A stretch of 64,000 nt of DNA from Mobula hypostoma (lineage: Eukaryota), in the NCBI RefSeq assembly GCF_963921235.1, contig NC_086108.1:64172001-64236000 (forward strand). The letters are read 5' to 3'. The notes beneath the pieces are model-generated. The model was not told the DNA's origin. It worked only from the letters and a program-made list of their open reading frames with translations, and ran no database searches. Positions 37,225 to 51,000 of the stretch are shown piece by piece. Numbering within the stretch: position 1 is the first letter of the stretch; each line of letters opens with the position of its first letter. The position numbers and the translations under genes are program-made.

Positions 37225-40200
37225 ACCTTTACCATAGCTATGGAGAGGGACAGGAGAAGATGGTATGGGAAAGTATTTAATTGGGGGAGGGGGAATTATG
37301 CTATCAGGCAGAAACTGGGAGCGTAATATGGGAACAAATGTACTCAGGGAAATGCACAATGGAAATCTGGAGATTGCTTAGGGAGTACTTACATTGGGCT
37401 CTGGATAGGTTTGTCACATTGGGGCTGGGAAAGGATAATAGGGTGAAGGAATCATTGTTGACAAGAGATGAGGAACATCTTGTCAAGAGGAAGAAAGAAA
37501 CATACTTAAGGTTTAGGAAGCAAGGGTCAGACAAGCCTCTAGAGAATTACAAGCTAGCCAGAAAGGCATTTAAAAATGGATTTAGGAGAGCTAAAAGGGG
37601 AACTTAGGATGCCCTGGTGAGTAGGACTAACCATAAGGTGTTCTACATGTACATGAAGAGCAGAAAGAATTCCCGAGTGCTTGTAGGACTGAACAGTAAT
37701 ACAAGAGGTTTCATATGCATAGAGTCAAAGGAGGCAGGGGAGGTCCATAATGAATACTTTGCTTAAGTAGTCATCCATTGAGAGGGACGTTGATGAATGT
37801 GAGAACAGCATAGGACAGACTGATATGCTGGAACACAATGACGTTAAGAAAGAGGACTTACTGGAACACTTGGAAAACATTAGGTTGTTAAGTCGCTGGA
37901 GCTAGATAGGATATTCCTCAAGTTACACGGGAAGCCAGGGAAGAGGTTGCTGAACCCGTGGTGATGGTTGTTGCATCCTTACTGGCCACAGCATTGGAGT
38001 GTGGCAAAGGTTATTCCTTTCTTCAATAAAGGTAACGGGGAGCATCTTGGAAATTATCGACCAGTGAGTCATATGTCAGTGGTGGGCACACTATTGGAGA
38101 GGATTTTTAGAGACAGGATTTACAAGCATTTAGAGGAGCATAGTCCTAGTAGGAATAGATAGCATGGCTTTGTGAGGAACATGTCATGCCTCACAAGCCT
38201 AATCAAATTCTTTGAGGAAGTGCCAAAGTGCCAAATTAATGAAGGTAGAGCAGAGGACGTGGTTATATGGAATTTAGTAAGGTGTTTAAAAAAATTCCCC
38301 ATAGTTTGCTCATTCAGAAAGTTTTGGAATCAGAATTGGCTTGCCCTCAGAAGGCAGAGGGTGGTAGTAGATGGAGCATATTCTGCCTGGAGTTTGGTAA
38401 CCAGTAGTGTTCCGCAGGGACCTCTGCTTTTTGTCATTTTTATAAACTACCTGGATGAGGAAGTCGAAGGGTGGATTAGTAAGTTTTCAGATTGCATGAA
38501 GGTTGGTGGTGTTATGGATTGTATAGAAGGTTGTTGTGGTTACAATAGGACAATGGTAGGATGTAGAATTGGGCTGAATAATGGTAGATGGAGTTTAATT
38601 GAGAAAAATGTGAAGAGATATACTTTGCAAGGTTGAACTTAAAGCCAGAGTGCAGGGTTAATGGCAGAATTCTTAGCAGTGTGGAGGCATAGAGGGTTCT
38701 TGTGATCCCTTAAGAACAACAAGTCCCCTGGCACGGACAATATCCCTGCTGAGTTACTGAAGAACGGAGGGTACATGTGTATGCGCACCCTCTACCAGTA
38801 CATCACCAAGGCCTGGACTGATGAGAACATCCTACAGCAATGGAGAAATGCAAACATCGTTGTAATTTATAAGAACAAGGGTCACAAGGCCGTTTGCGGC
38901 AATAGTAGGGGCATATCACTCCTTTCTGTTGCTGGAAAGGTCCTGGCTAAGGTGATGCTTCAGAGACTCGTGAGCAACATCACCGAGTCTATGCTGCCTG
39001 AATCGCAGTGTTGATTTAGGAAGAACAGGAGTACGATCGACATGACCTTCACAGCCCAGCAGCTTCAGGAAAAGTGCTGGGACAACATCAGGACCTGTTT
39101 ATGGCCTTTGTCAACCTCTCCAAAGCATTCGACACTGTGCAAAGAGAGTTCCTATGGGATGTCCTCCTCAGGTTTGGTTGTCCCAATAAATTTGTTTAAC
39201 ATCCTCCGCCAGTTCCACGCTGGGATGACTGCTCGGGTGACCATAGGAGGACAAGAGTCCGAGCCCTTCCTAGTACACACAGGGGTGAGGCAGGGGTGTG
39301 TGCTAGCGCCAATGCTCTTTAACATCTTCCTTTTGTGTGTTACCAAACTTCTCCATAATGAGATTGAAGACAGCAATGGTGTTGCAGTGGATGTCAGATT
39401 AGATGGCAACCTCTTTGACATCGGGAGGCTCCACGCAACCATCAAACTCTGTAGAGAGTGGATCCTGGAGCTGCAGTATGCAGACGATTATGCTCTTGTA
39501 GCCCATACTCCGGAGGATCTTCAGACTGTCCTTGCTGTGGCGATGAGAGCGTACAGCAGGATGGGGCTTACTGCCAATACCACCAAGACAGAAGTGGTTT
39601 GCCAATGGAGTACCAGTGTTCCACCCACTCTACCTGCCTTCACTGTTGGTGATTAAAAGCTGTCAGTAGTGCCATCTTTCAAATATCTGGTGAGCATTCT
39701 CCCTGAGGATAGCGGCATTGACAACATCCAGAGCCGCATTAAACAGGCATCAGCTGCCTTTGGGAGACTTCGGCATAGAGTCTTTCAAAACAGGAGCCTT
39801 CGTCCCTCCACAAAGATCACCGTATACCAAACTGTCTGTGTCACCACCCTCCTTTATAGCTGTGAAGCTTGGGTAACCTACAGCCATCACATCAAGTCCT
39901 TGGAGCGCTTCCACATAAGCTGCCTCCATCGCATCCTGGGAATTATCTGGCGTGAGCAGGTGCCTCACACTGAAATACTTGTAAAGACTAACTGCAGAAG
40001 TACTGAGGCCATGATCACCCAGTGTCAGCTGCAGTGGCTGGGGCATGTGACAAGGATGCCCCCATGTCGGCTACCCCGCAGAGTGTTATACAGCCAGCTA
40101 CATCATGGTCGATGCTCAGCTGGAAGGCCGAAGAAGCGCTTTAAGGAAGTGCAAGATCAGACCTGAGGACCTGGAAGAGGTTGCTGCTGACCGTATCACT

Positions 40201-41120
40201 TGGCAACAGCTGTGTAGGGACGGAGTTCGTATTCTAGAGATGGAAAGAACAACCAGAAGGCGGCAGAAGAGAGCCAGGAGAAATGCGGCCACTGTGGCCA
40301 CCACTACCACATATACATGTCCCACCTGCAATAGAGCTTGTGGGTCCAGGATAGGACCGTATAGTCATCAAAGATCTCACTGTTAAAGGAGTGGACATCG
40401 TCATCGGATTTCGATGGACAACCAAAGAACAAGATCCCTCAAATTTGCAGCTCAAGTTGACAGGGTGGTTAAGAAGGTGTATGTTGTGTTGGCCTTTATT
40501 AGACAGGGGATTGTGTTCAGTAGCCTGAAGGTGATGTTGCAGCTCTATAAAACTCTGGTTAGACCACACTTAGAGTATTGTGTTCATTTCTGGTCACCTC
40601 ATTATAGGAAGAATGTTGAAGTTTTAGAGAGCGTGCAGAGTAGATTTATCAGGATGCTTCCTGGATTGGAGAGCACGTCTTATAAGGATAGTTTGAATGG
40701 GCTAGGGCTTTTCTCTTTGGAGCTGGGGGTGGGGGGTGGGGGGTGGGGGAAGGTAGTAGGTGATTTGATAGAGGTATAAAAGATGATAAGAAACATAGCA
40801 AAGCGGACAAACACATTTTTCCTCCCCAGTGCAGAAATGGCTAATATGAGGGCGGCATGATTTTAAGATGATTGGAAGAAAGTATAGGAAGGATGTTAGA
40901 GGTACGTTTTTTTTATACACACAGAGAGTAATGGGTGCGTGGAATGTGCTGCCAGGAGCAGCAGTAGTGGCAGATACATTAAGGACATTTAAGTGTTTCT
41001 TAGAGAGGCACATAGATAGAAGAAAAATTGGTAGCTATGGGGAAGGAATGGTTAGATTGATCTCAGGGTAGGTTAAAAGTTCAGCATAACATCATGGGCT
41101 GAAGGACCTGTACTCTGATG
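37225..41120 (+). mobile_element. CR1 LINE ORF2 fragment, interrupted by an RTE LINE
   Basis: GNYRPVS, SSVPQGPLLF, RPHLEYCVHFWSP, TQRVMGAWN; tail gggctgaaggacctgtact. Confidence 0.9.
38711..40432 (+). mobile_element. RTE-clade LINE, 5'-truncated, nested in CR1
   Basis: KSPG.D.IPAE, GNSRGISLLSVAGK, GVRQGCVLAP, LQYADD, WLGHV.RM and C-terminal CPTC..H..SH finger; GATCCCT at both ends (38704-38710, 40433-40439). Confidence 0.93.
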
Positions 41121-41239
41121 TCCTAACACAGTAGTATCTGACTAACTGAATTCAGTCAGATACATAAAGATTGGGTGCTTTGGCTGATGTTCTGGATAGC
41201 AACAGTAAATGTGGAAACATATGACCAGGTCAAAAGATT

Positions 41240-41850
41240 CAGAATTAGAAACAGGTTTATTATCATTGACATATGTCATGAAATTTGTTGTTATGTAGCA
41301 GCAGTTCAGAGCAAGATATAAAAATTAGTATTTGTTACAGAAATAAGTGATAGTGCAGAAGAGAAATAGTAAGGTAGTGTTCATGGACCATTCAAAAATA
41401 TGATGGCAAGGTAAAGAATCTGTACTAAAATGTTAAGTGTGGGTCTTCAGGCTCCTGTACCTCCTCCCTGATAGTGGTGACATGAAGAGGGCATGTTCCA
41501 GATGGGGGTGTCTTTAATGATGGACGATGGCTTCTTGAGGCCCCACCCCTTGAAGATGTCCTTAATGTTTGAGAGGGTTTGTCCATGATGGCACTGGCAG
41601 AATCTACAGTTCTATGCAGCCTCTTGCAATCCTGTGCATTGGGGGCTCCATAACAGGCTGTGATGCAACCAGTCAGAATGCTCTCCAATGTACATCTGTA
41701 GAAATTTGCAAGTCTTTGGTGACATATCAAATCTGCTCAACCTCCTAATGAAGTAAAACTGCTGGCATACCTTGTTTGTGATCACATCAGTCTGTTAGGC
41801 CCACAATAGGCTTCTAAGATCTTGATGACAAGGTACTTGAAGTTGCTGAG
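41240..41850 (-). mobile_element. Rex/Babar LINE 3' fragment
   Basis: NFYRCTLESILTGCITACYG; reverse-strand ctgaat-type tail. Confidence 0.85.
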
Positions 41851-43420
41851 CTAGAGTTAACAAAAAATTCTGATGAAATATGGTCGACCCTAAGGATTAC
41901 CTCTGTTCCTCTTTCCATTATTGCTGCCTGATTTGCTGAATATTTCCTGTATTTTCTTGCTTGTATTTGATGTAACATCAGCAGCATTTTGCTACTTCTT
42001 AGGTAAATTCAATACATTAGAGAGAAAGATGATGAGAAACAGGAAAGTAATCTTTAGGGAAATTGAATGGACATCTCAATCATAATAATAATAGCTATAG
42101 GAGAACTGTGCTCGGAATGATGAACCAATTGCATTAATTTAGTCATGATGCAAATAATCTAGTATAATTGCAGAATAAATCCCATGTGACAATATTGATT
42201 TCTTTTAACGGGATTGATGAAAGAAGGTAGATTTTCTGGCATTTTGATGAAGAAAAAGGATGTAATGAATGAAGGTTTTCAACATGAATGACTTATCCCT
42301 GGGGTGAAGAATTTTAACAGGCTCCTGATTTATTTCTTTGTGCAGGATAATACCTCAGGACAGCAGTAAATATGTACTGATGCCTTTCCACCTGCTGTCT
42401 TGGAAAACTGTGTTGCTTTTCCAGAGGCTTTAACTGCAATAAATGAGCCAATTTTAAAAAAGCCACATGATAATTTCTACTAATCGTTCATCACTGGGGA
42501 TTTTACAGCAGCACAGCTGTTCCACTGCAGGCATATCTGCCGAAATAGGAAACTGCTTTCCAGGTGAAAAAATAGGAGGAACAGAAAGGGCTGCTCATAG
42601 GTCAAACCATGGCTGCTTCTCCTCCCAGATGATGGATTGGAGAATCAGCAACACAGAACTAAGGCACGACTCTTCTATACACTGGAGAAGGTATCGAGTT
42701 AAGAACCTCAGACTATATTTTTCCATTTGTCTTGAAGTTACAAAGAATGCAATGAAGCTGATTAAGCGGGAAACTGTTACATATGTTTAATCCTTGTTTT
42801 GTCAGATGTGAAATTATAGCAGGGACAAATGGGAAGATGGCAGACACTCTTGATGTTGATATCCCCCACATGGTCTTAAATGCAGGCAGTTTTACTGGCG
42901 TTAATGAAAGATTCTGAATAGCGTTATTGCCAAGATGTTTGGCATTTTTCAGGGACTATCTCAATTATAGAGATAGTTTGCTATCACAATTCAAAATTTA
43001 GAGTGAATGAAATAGATATTGAAGTACAATTACTGAAAAGAAATATTCTTGTATTGATTAGGAAGAAGGAAGTGAAAGAATTGTTAAGAAATGAAGATTG
43101 AAAATTGAGGATTTTTGATTTTATTCTTGATGAAAGTTCTCCACATTCTATGTTTTTTTTCAAACGTTGCTAATTTTAACCAAACCTTTTAAAGAGGAGC
43201 TGCATTACGGCAAGCATATGTCCATGTATACAAAAGAAAATGCAGATGCTGGAATCTGTAGCAGCATGTGTCCCTCGTAAACTCCCCACAATAATGAGTA
43301 ATAAAGATATCAGAGCAGGTCAGTTGCTGGGGCATTGCTGAATGAACATGGCTGTAATGCAAAATATAAAATTAATGACTTCAAATGGTCATGTGAGGTA
43401 AGATTCAAGTATCAGATCTG

Positions 43421-43780
43421 GAAACATAGAAAACCTACAGCACAATACAGGCCCTTTGGCCCACAAAGCTGTGCCGAACATGTCCTTACCTTAGAAATTA
43501 CCTAGGGTTACCTATAGCCCTCTATTTTTCTAAGCTCCATGTACCTATCCAGGAGTCTCTTAAAAGACCCTATGGTATCCGCCTCCACCACTCTCACCAG
43601 TAGCCCATTCCACGCACTCACCACACTCTGCTTAAAAAAAAACTTACCCTTGACATCTCCTCTGTACCTACTTCCAAGCACCTTAAAACTGTGCCCTCTC
43701 GTGCTAGCCATTTCAGCCTTGGGAAAAAGCCTCTGACTATCCACACAATCAATGCCTCTCATCATCTTATACACCTATCA
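43421..43780 (-). mobile_element. CR1 3' fragment
   Basis: YKMMRGID..STRGHSFKV..AWNGL; near-identical to 25973-26330. Confidence 0.92.
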
Positions 43781-43781
43781 T

Positions 43782-44078
43782 CTGTCCTCTGTCCTATCAG
43801 ATTGCTTCTTCTTCAACCCATCTCCTCTCAGCTTGCTACATCATTCCCTTTAGACCTCTACCCTACATTCCTGCCTTCTCCCTCTCATCTGGATTTATCC
43901 ATTACCTGATAGCTCATGTCTTCCTCTACTCCCCCACCCTTTGATTCTGGCTTCTACCATTTTTTTCTTTCCAGTCCTGATGCACAGTCCCAGCCCGCAA
44001 CATCAGTTGTTTATTTTCCTCCATTGGTGCTGGCTGACCTGCTGAGTTCCTCCACCACTCCATGTTTGTTGCTGTACG
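43782..44078 (+). mobile_element. Penelope 3' UTR and terminus
   Basis: cctatcagatt.., cagtcCTGATG.. (degenerate hammerhead) and gctgacctgctgagttcctcc. Confidence 0.7.
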
Positions 44079-44151
44079 ATTCAAGTTCATATCTTTCACA
44101 ACATAGTTTTGTAGTCTCAGCTCACAACTGAAGTAAGACTGGACCTGGAGA

Positions 44152-44815
44152 AATACATAGAACATAGAAATCTACAGCACATTAAAGGCCCTTCTGCCCA
44201 CAATGTTGTGCCGACCATGTAACCTACTCGAGAAGCTGCCTAGAATTTCTCTAGCACATAGCCCATGTCACTATCCAAGAGGCTCTTAAAAGACGCTATC
44301 GTATCCGCTTCCATAGCCACCGCTGGCAGTGCACTCCATGCACCCACCACTCTGTGTGAAAAACTTACCCCTGACATCCCTTCGGTACCTATTTCCAAGC
44401 ACCTTAAAACTATGCCTTCTCACGTTAGCCATAAATCTATAAAGTTTTGATCTCCCTCCTAAAGAATAATATACCTCTGATAGACAATTGTTTGCTGAAA
44501 TGGGGAATTGTCTTATAAGAAAGTTTAAACAGGTTTGTCCTGCTCTCCTTTGAATTTAGATGAATGAGAGATCATTTCATTAAAACACACAAAGTTATTA
44601 CAGAGCTTTTTAAGACAGATGCAGCAATGATGTTTTCCTTGGCTGTATGTATAAACCAGGATTCATAGTCTCAAAATTAGGTGTTTGCCATTCAGGATTG
44701 AGATCAGAGGACATTGCTTCACCCAGACATTTGTGAATTGTTAGAATTCTCTGCCCAGAAGAGCTGTGGGGGATTAGTCACTGAAATTATTCAAGACAGA
44801 GATTGATAGATCCAT
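44152..44815. mobile_element. Two CR1 fragments (44152-44435 minus; 44495-44815 plus)
   Basis: Reverse-strand CR1 3' tail; plus-strand RGHS.KI..FTQ-like segment. Confidence 0.7.
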
Positions 44816-44849
44816 CCATCAACCTACCATGTACAGAAATTTAATGCAA

Positions 44850-45545
44850 GAAAATGCTGATTTTGAAAATCTGAAGTCAACGCACAAAATCCAAGATATA
44901 TTTGATACTCAGGTAAGGCAGCATCAATGGAGTGAGCAACAGAATTAATGTTTCAGGCAATATTAGTACACATTAGAGATAGCAACTTTTTAAATTGCGA
45001 GAAGTTAAACAGCAGGAAGGAAGGAATGAGTGAAATGGAATGTCTGTTAGGATAGAACTTTATAGAAATTAAATAGCAATTAAGATGATTATATAAATCA
45101 GATGAGTTAATAAAGGACAAATAAAGGAACAGACTATGGTTTGAGAGGACGTAAGAATGGTAACAGCAGAATTATTAACAGTAACTGCTGAGCCAAAAAG
45201 CTCAGAGCAGCAAATTACGAGGTGAAGCTGATAAACTCATTGAATCTCTCAGGCCTTCCTTGTGCTTCCTTGGTGAAAGTAAGAGAGCAAGGACACTGCG
45301 GTCAGAATGAGAATGAAAAACAGATTTGAAATAGCTAGAGGAAGGAGATTCAGGAAATGAAAATCAAAGCTTGAAATGAATATCAAAGCTTGATATCTGA
45401 AGGCAAAATCAGAAAATGCTGGTAAAACTCAAAACAGGTCAGGCAGCATTTGTGGAAAGTGAAAGAGTCTATATTTTGCACCCATGACTTTTTGTCAGAC
45501 CTATAATGTTGACACTTTCTCTTTCTGCAGATGCTGCCTGATCTG
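44850..45545. mobile_element. Old Penelope terminal remnants
   Basis: Repeated aaaatgctg..caggtcaggcagcat motifs and an inverted gatgctgcctgatctg. Confidence 0.5.
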
Positions 45546-45679
45546 AAGGAAATTCAGGCCTGGCTTGTCTGACTAGTGTCTTCCATATCACAGTTTCCCT
45601 ATCTGCATTTGATGGTTCTAATGTAGGAGAAACTACAAAATGAACAGCATAAGCAGTACACTAAATTAGGTGTACAAAT

Positions 45680-46045
45680 CAGAGAATTCCAACACGTCAG
45701 TCCACAGCCTCCCCTGTTGCCACAATGAAGCCACACTCAGGCTGGAGGAACAACGCCTTATATTCCATCTGGGTAGCCTCCAACTCGATGGCATGAACAT
45801 TGATTGCTCGAACTTCCGATAATTGCTCCCCCATCTCCTTCATCATTCCCCAATCCTATTTCCCTCTCACATCTCATCTCCTCACCTGCCCATCACCTCC
45901 CTCTAGTGCTTTTTTCCTTTCCCTCTCCTCCTTGGCCTTCTGTCCTCTCCTATCAGATTCCCCCTTCTCCGCTCTTTCACCAATCGCATTCCTAGCTCTT
46001 TACTTCACCCCCTCCTCTTCTTCCAGGTTCACCTGTCGACTACTG
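45680..46045 (+). mobile_element. Penelope GIY-YIG C-terminus plus UTR
   Basis: HNEATLRLEEQRLIFHLGSLQLDGMNIDCSNFR*. Confidence 0.85.
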
Positions 46046-47575
46046 CCTTCTACTGTGTCTATTTTTCAAATATTCCCAATCGAATATTTCTCCTCTAATT
46101 TGTCTCATCCCATTTCTTCAGAGTCCAACTATAATCAGTCCCTAATGAGTACCAATTCCATGATGAAGCACTCCGTGGGTGCCATCAAAAGGAAAGACTG
46201 TCACACAAGTTTGATAAGTTTTATATCGCAAGTATTCTCTGGGATGAGACTTCAAACTTAGTACAGGCTGATGACCAAACCTAGTATTTAATTGATCTAT
46301 TCCATATCAGTAATACAGTATAACACATAATACTTTGGCAGCTAACCTACAGATGGCGGTTATTATTGTTTAATTTTAAATCCTACCTCTATACTATCAT
46401 TTGCAGCAAGGTGTAATTTTTATGATGAATATTGCAAGTTCTATTTTCACAAAGGCTACTCTTTATAGTCAAATATTGTTACTTTTAACTCTGAATACTG
46501 CAATACTAGACTAGGCATTTCAACAGAACGTAAAATGGTAAATCCATCTTTAATTTGCCTTCTAGTTAAGTTCTACTGCCACATTTCCCAAGCTATGCTC
46601 TCCTAAATTGTAAAAATACAGCTGTCAAAACATTTATGTGTTTTCAGAAATGTATGCACATCGCAATATAGATTTAGCTTTATGATTTGAAGATTACATT
46701 ACAATTAATTCCGTTAATGAAATTCCTTCATAATTAATGTATTTGTTTTCATATTCTTAAAAGTGAGTAAGTTGCTTATTTATCTCACAGTAAACAATTC
46801 CTGCTGCTGGAACACAGTGGTAAGTACAACATGATAAACAATACAGTTGAAGAAATCCTACAACCTCATGGTGTAGGTTTATGAATATGGATCTCTAATA
46901 TATTTACAACATAATTTCCTGTCTGCGTGTGGAACTTGAGAACTATTTCATAATAATATTAATCTTTCTGTACTTTTAATTGTAAGACATAAATGGTAGT
47001 CACACCGTAATCTGTGAGTTCAAAATAGTTTAATGATTTGCCCTAGTGTAATTTTGATGTAAATATTATTCTAATTGAGTCAAAGTAAGTTTCAGCTTTG
47101 CTTTCACTGTGCCGAAGGTGCAGGGCATATACAGTGAAGATTAGAAGTCCCTATATAATTCTTTAATAAATATATTATTTTAGCTTTCCAACATGGAATA
47201 TACAGTATACGCATTCAGCTCCATTGACCTTCACTCATTATGTAGTTGTAGCATAATATGGATCTAAGAAAGTGATGGTTGCAAATTAGTGTTCTATTCC
47301 AATAATCAACTGCCCGTATTTTGTGTATAAATAAAAAGATAATTGAATTTTAAGTCTTTAGATATTGAGGCTTTTTGTGCATTACTTGGACACAACAAAT
47401 AATCTTGCTACGCATACTACACTACTCACTAATAATTTATTTTCAACCTTCTATTTAAAATGGCCATGAAAATGCACTTAAAGATGATTAAAATTAATTA
47501 ACCTTGTTAAAGTACTTTCTTCAGATGATCATTTTCAAGATACACTAATGAAAAAAACGACATTAAATAAAGTAC

Positions 47576-48078
47576 CAACACACACATAAAATGCTGGTGG
47601 AACGCAGCAGGCCAGGCAGCATCTCTAGGAAGAGGTGCAGTCAACATTTCAGGCCGAGACCCTTCGTCAGGACTAACTGAAAGAAGAGCTAGTAAGAGAT
47701 TTGAAAGTGGGAGGGGGAGGGGTAGATCCAAAATGATAGGAGAAGACCGGAGGGGGAGGGATAGAGCCAAGAGCTGGGAAGTTAATTGGCAAAAGGGATA
47801 TGAGAGGATCATGGGATGGACGGGAGGCCTAGGGAGAAAGAAAGGGGGAGGGGGAAGCCCAGAGGATGGGCAAAGTGTATAGTGAGAGGGACAGAGGGAG
47901 AAAAAGGAGAGAGAGAAAAATATATAATAATAAAAGATAAATAAATAATGATGGGGTGTGAAGGGGAGGTGGGGCATTAACGGAAGTTAGAGAAGTCAAT
48001 GTTCATGCCATCAGGTTGGAGGCGACCCAGACGGAATATAAGGTGTTGTTCCTCCAACCTGAGTATGGCTTCATCTTG
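47576..48078 (-). mobile_element. Penelope 3' end with hammerhead
   Basis: RLEEQHLIFRLGRLQPDGMNIDFSNFR*, then UTR and terminal motif. Confidence 0.9.
47639..47674 (-). ncRNA. Minimal type-I hammerhead ribozyme motif
   Basis: Minus strand reads AGTC CTGACGA A GGGTCTCGGCCT GAAA TGTT GACT. Confidence 0.72.
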
Positions 48079-51000
48079 AATTAAATAATGTACCCGATGT
48101 TTCTCAGTTGAAGTTAACTTTAGATCCTGTTTTGAAGTTAATGTGCGATCTGTCTTACTGTTTGGAAATGAAGGAAAAAAGTAAAAAGTAGATTTTGTTG
48201 CAAGCTGTGCTGATCAGATTAATTCTGTTAAACAACTCAAAATAGACAAAAATACAGCAGAAAGTGTCCTGCACGGAGTGCTATGGGATTGACCAAGGGG
48301 CGAAGATCACCTTAGATTGGTCCTCTGAATCTTACAAACATGTCACACTCTTCAGGCTTCCCTGCAGTACCCAATGAAACCTAGTACCTATCGATAAAAG
48401 TTCAAATACCAGCACAATGATTTAAACATGACAAGTGGGACATGCATGGAAAACAGCTCACAAAAGGCATTGGCAAGGGTGATGAAGCACTGGATCCTTC
48501 TGCTTGATGTTATACCAAGTGGTGTACAGCAGTGTATGCAATGATTTTTAATTAAGGAACACATTGTCTAGTACTGACTGTGTTTCGCGGCTGCAGCTTT
48601 TCATTTTAAGAAAGCAAAACAATAAAAATGAACCCTGTTTTTGAAGATTTATAATCTCTACTTCAGAATCTAAAGTGTCCAATGAAAACAAAGCATTCTT
48701 TTTATGAGAAAAAAGGTTTTCAAAAACAGTTAACCTACTCAAACAGAGTAAATATACAAGCTGGATGGTTTCCAATAGTAGTTTACGGTATTTCGCTTGT
48801 TCCATTGACTGTTCCTAGTAATTGGGAACTGGTAGTGCACAATAATTGTGTAATCCATGGGCATCATTGTATTGCCGTTACCAGTTTGAGATTATTACCT
48901 GCTGAGAACAACATGGAGCCAACAGACCTAATTTACACCACAGGCTCCATGACAAGAGCCTGCAAGGAGCTGCAACGCTGCTTTCACTGACCATTGAACA
49001 CAGCTTTATTTTTAATGTAAGCAAACAGCTAACGGTCTTACTTAAAACTTTTAAAGCACCTTCTTTGTATTATTGCAGTCAATTTTCAGGATGACGCATA
49101 ATGAGATGGTCCACTGCAAGTCATTGTGAAACACACACTACAGTCTGTGGTGATGAAAGGCTGAATCTATTTAGCATGTATGTGAACTGACTGCCCTTAT
49201 TACTTACATTGAAAAAACTAAGACCTAGGGAGCAATGCTGCAACTTTAGGTAAAGTTTTATTTTAGCATATGTATATGCTAATATAGATCTGATTATTAT
49301 TGTTTTCTATAATGCAGTACTACTTGCATTGAAGAACTTGTAAATTTCCAACATATGTTTTTCTTTACCAATTCGGTATGTACAACGAAATTTCAAGGAG
49401 ATTTTAAAGATATAATTCTGCCCATGTATACAAAAATCAGTGCAATTGTCAAGAAATTTATTCAAAGCATTCCTTAGACTCTTCCCTTAAAGGACATTAT
49501 TAAAAGAGAAAAGATGATGGTGTAATTCCAGTTCGGTGCCAGCATTATTATGCTCTTCAATGATGAACTCAATGGGGATGCATAGCAGTTCAGAATACAC
49601 AATATGACTGATGCAATTTGATACATCATATGATGATTCTTTATATTTCCTCCCTTCCCCCTCTTCCCCTGCAACCACCTACCTATCCACACCCCCACCA
49701 CGAACATCTTCCATCCTGACCCCAGTCATCCCCCAGCACAGAGGGAAATCAGACTCCTGATTTTATGCCTGAAACTTAAAATCAGCAGTCTGCATTCCCT
49801 CGGTGCTGGAGGTACATCTCTCCATTCACCTAATGGAGAGATAGGATATCAATGCTTGTTCATAGTTGAAGAAATCTTTCATTCACTCTTTAGTAAGAGA
49901 ATTCGATTAATATCATAGGTTTTTATTTCCATCCGCTCTTAAATCTGTCTACAAAGCAGCCTCCCTACCACTACCTTGTATGATTCACAACTACTCAAAT
50001 GAATAAATCTGAGCAGCATAAATGTTATGGCTATGTTAATTAAATGTTTTTATTGTCTAATTATCTGGGTATCATATTTTACTCTTTATTAATTAAAGAA
50101 CATTGCAATTAAATTACACCTTTAAAGGATCTGGTTATGAACCCCTTTCTCTTCAAGGTAAAGCTAGTCATGTCTGCACATTATAGACTGGATGGAAATT
50201 TAGACTGTTGATATTTATTGAGATTTATGTCTGAGCACATGACAAGATGTCACACTCATGGCCAATTGTACTGATTGTACATAGGGGAAAGCTATATGAA
50301 TGAATATCCAAACAGAGAATACGCACTAGCTATGGAAGCATTTTGTTACAAAAAATAACTTTATGAAGGAGCAAACACATTCGATCACATTTTTTTAAAT
50401 TTCCACATTGTGATTTCCTGTGATGAAGGGCCAAAATAATGGCATTGAAAGCTTAATGATTAAAAAAATAATGTACTATAAGTAACGATATAGTTTCAAA
50501 ACCAAAAGAATAATTTTTTTAAAATAGAAATCTTAGGTTCTCATAGTTCAATTTAAATCTCTCGGAAGTAGTTTAGATTTATTTAGATTGATGGACCAGG
50601 AAGTTTAATAGACTGATTGCTCTTCTATGTTTAGCTCTTGCAATTAAAATATGACATTGATTAACCCCGCTCTCCTATCCACTGAACTTGAGTGAATCAC
50701 GGATGACGCACTTCATAGTTCAGAAGTATAGCAAGAATCTGAAAATCAGTTTCTGTACAAAGTTTAGTAGAACTTAACCTATCGAAATCCATAGCTCATA
50801 TCAGCATGCTTAAAATACAGAAGTGTTAGTTAATAATTAATTGTTATTATTAACTTGCTGAATTTGTTATTTAGATACTGAAAGATTAATTGTTGTTGTT
50901 ATAAATGGCTTATTCATTACAGTAATTTTAATGACAGAACAGTTTCTATTTTGTATTCGATCGAGCCAGGACTGCTTTTAAACCAGCAGTACAAAGGGAG

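Noticed and set aside
42467..42790. 107-aa ORF in unique sequence
   Set aside because: No domain similarity or gene structure evident.
49560..49612. C/D-box snoRNA (ATGATGA...CTGA)
   Set aside because: Too short, no convincing terminal stem or recognisable guide; such motifs are expected by chance.
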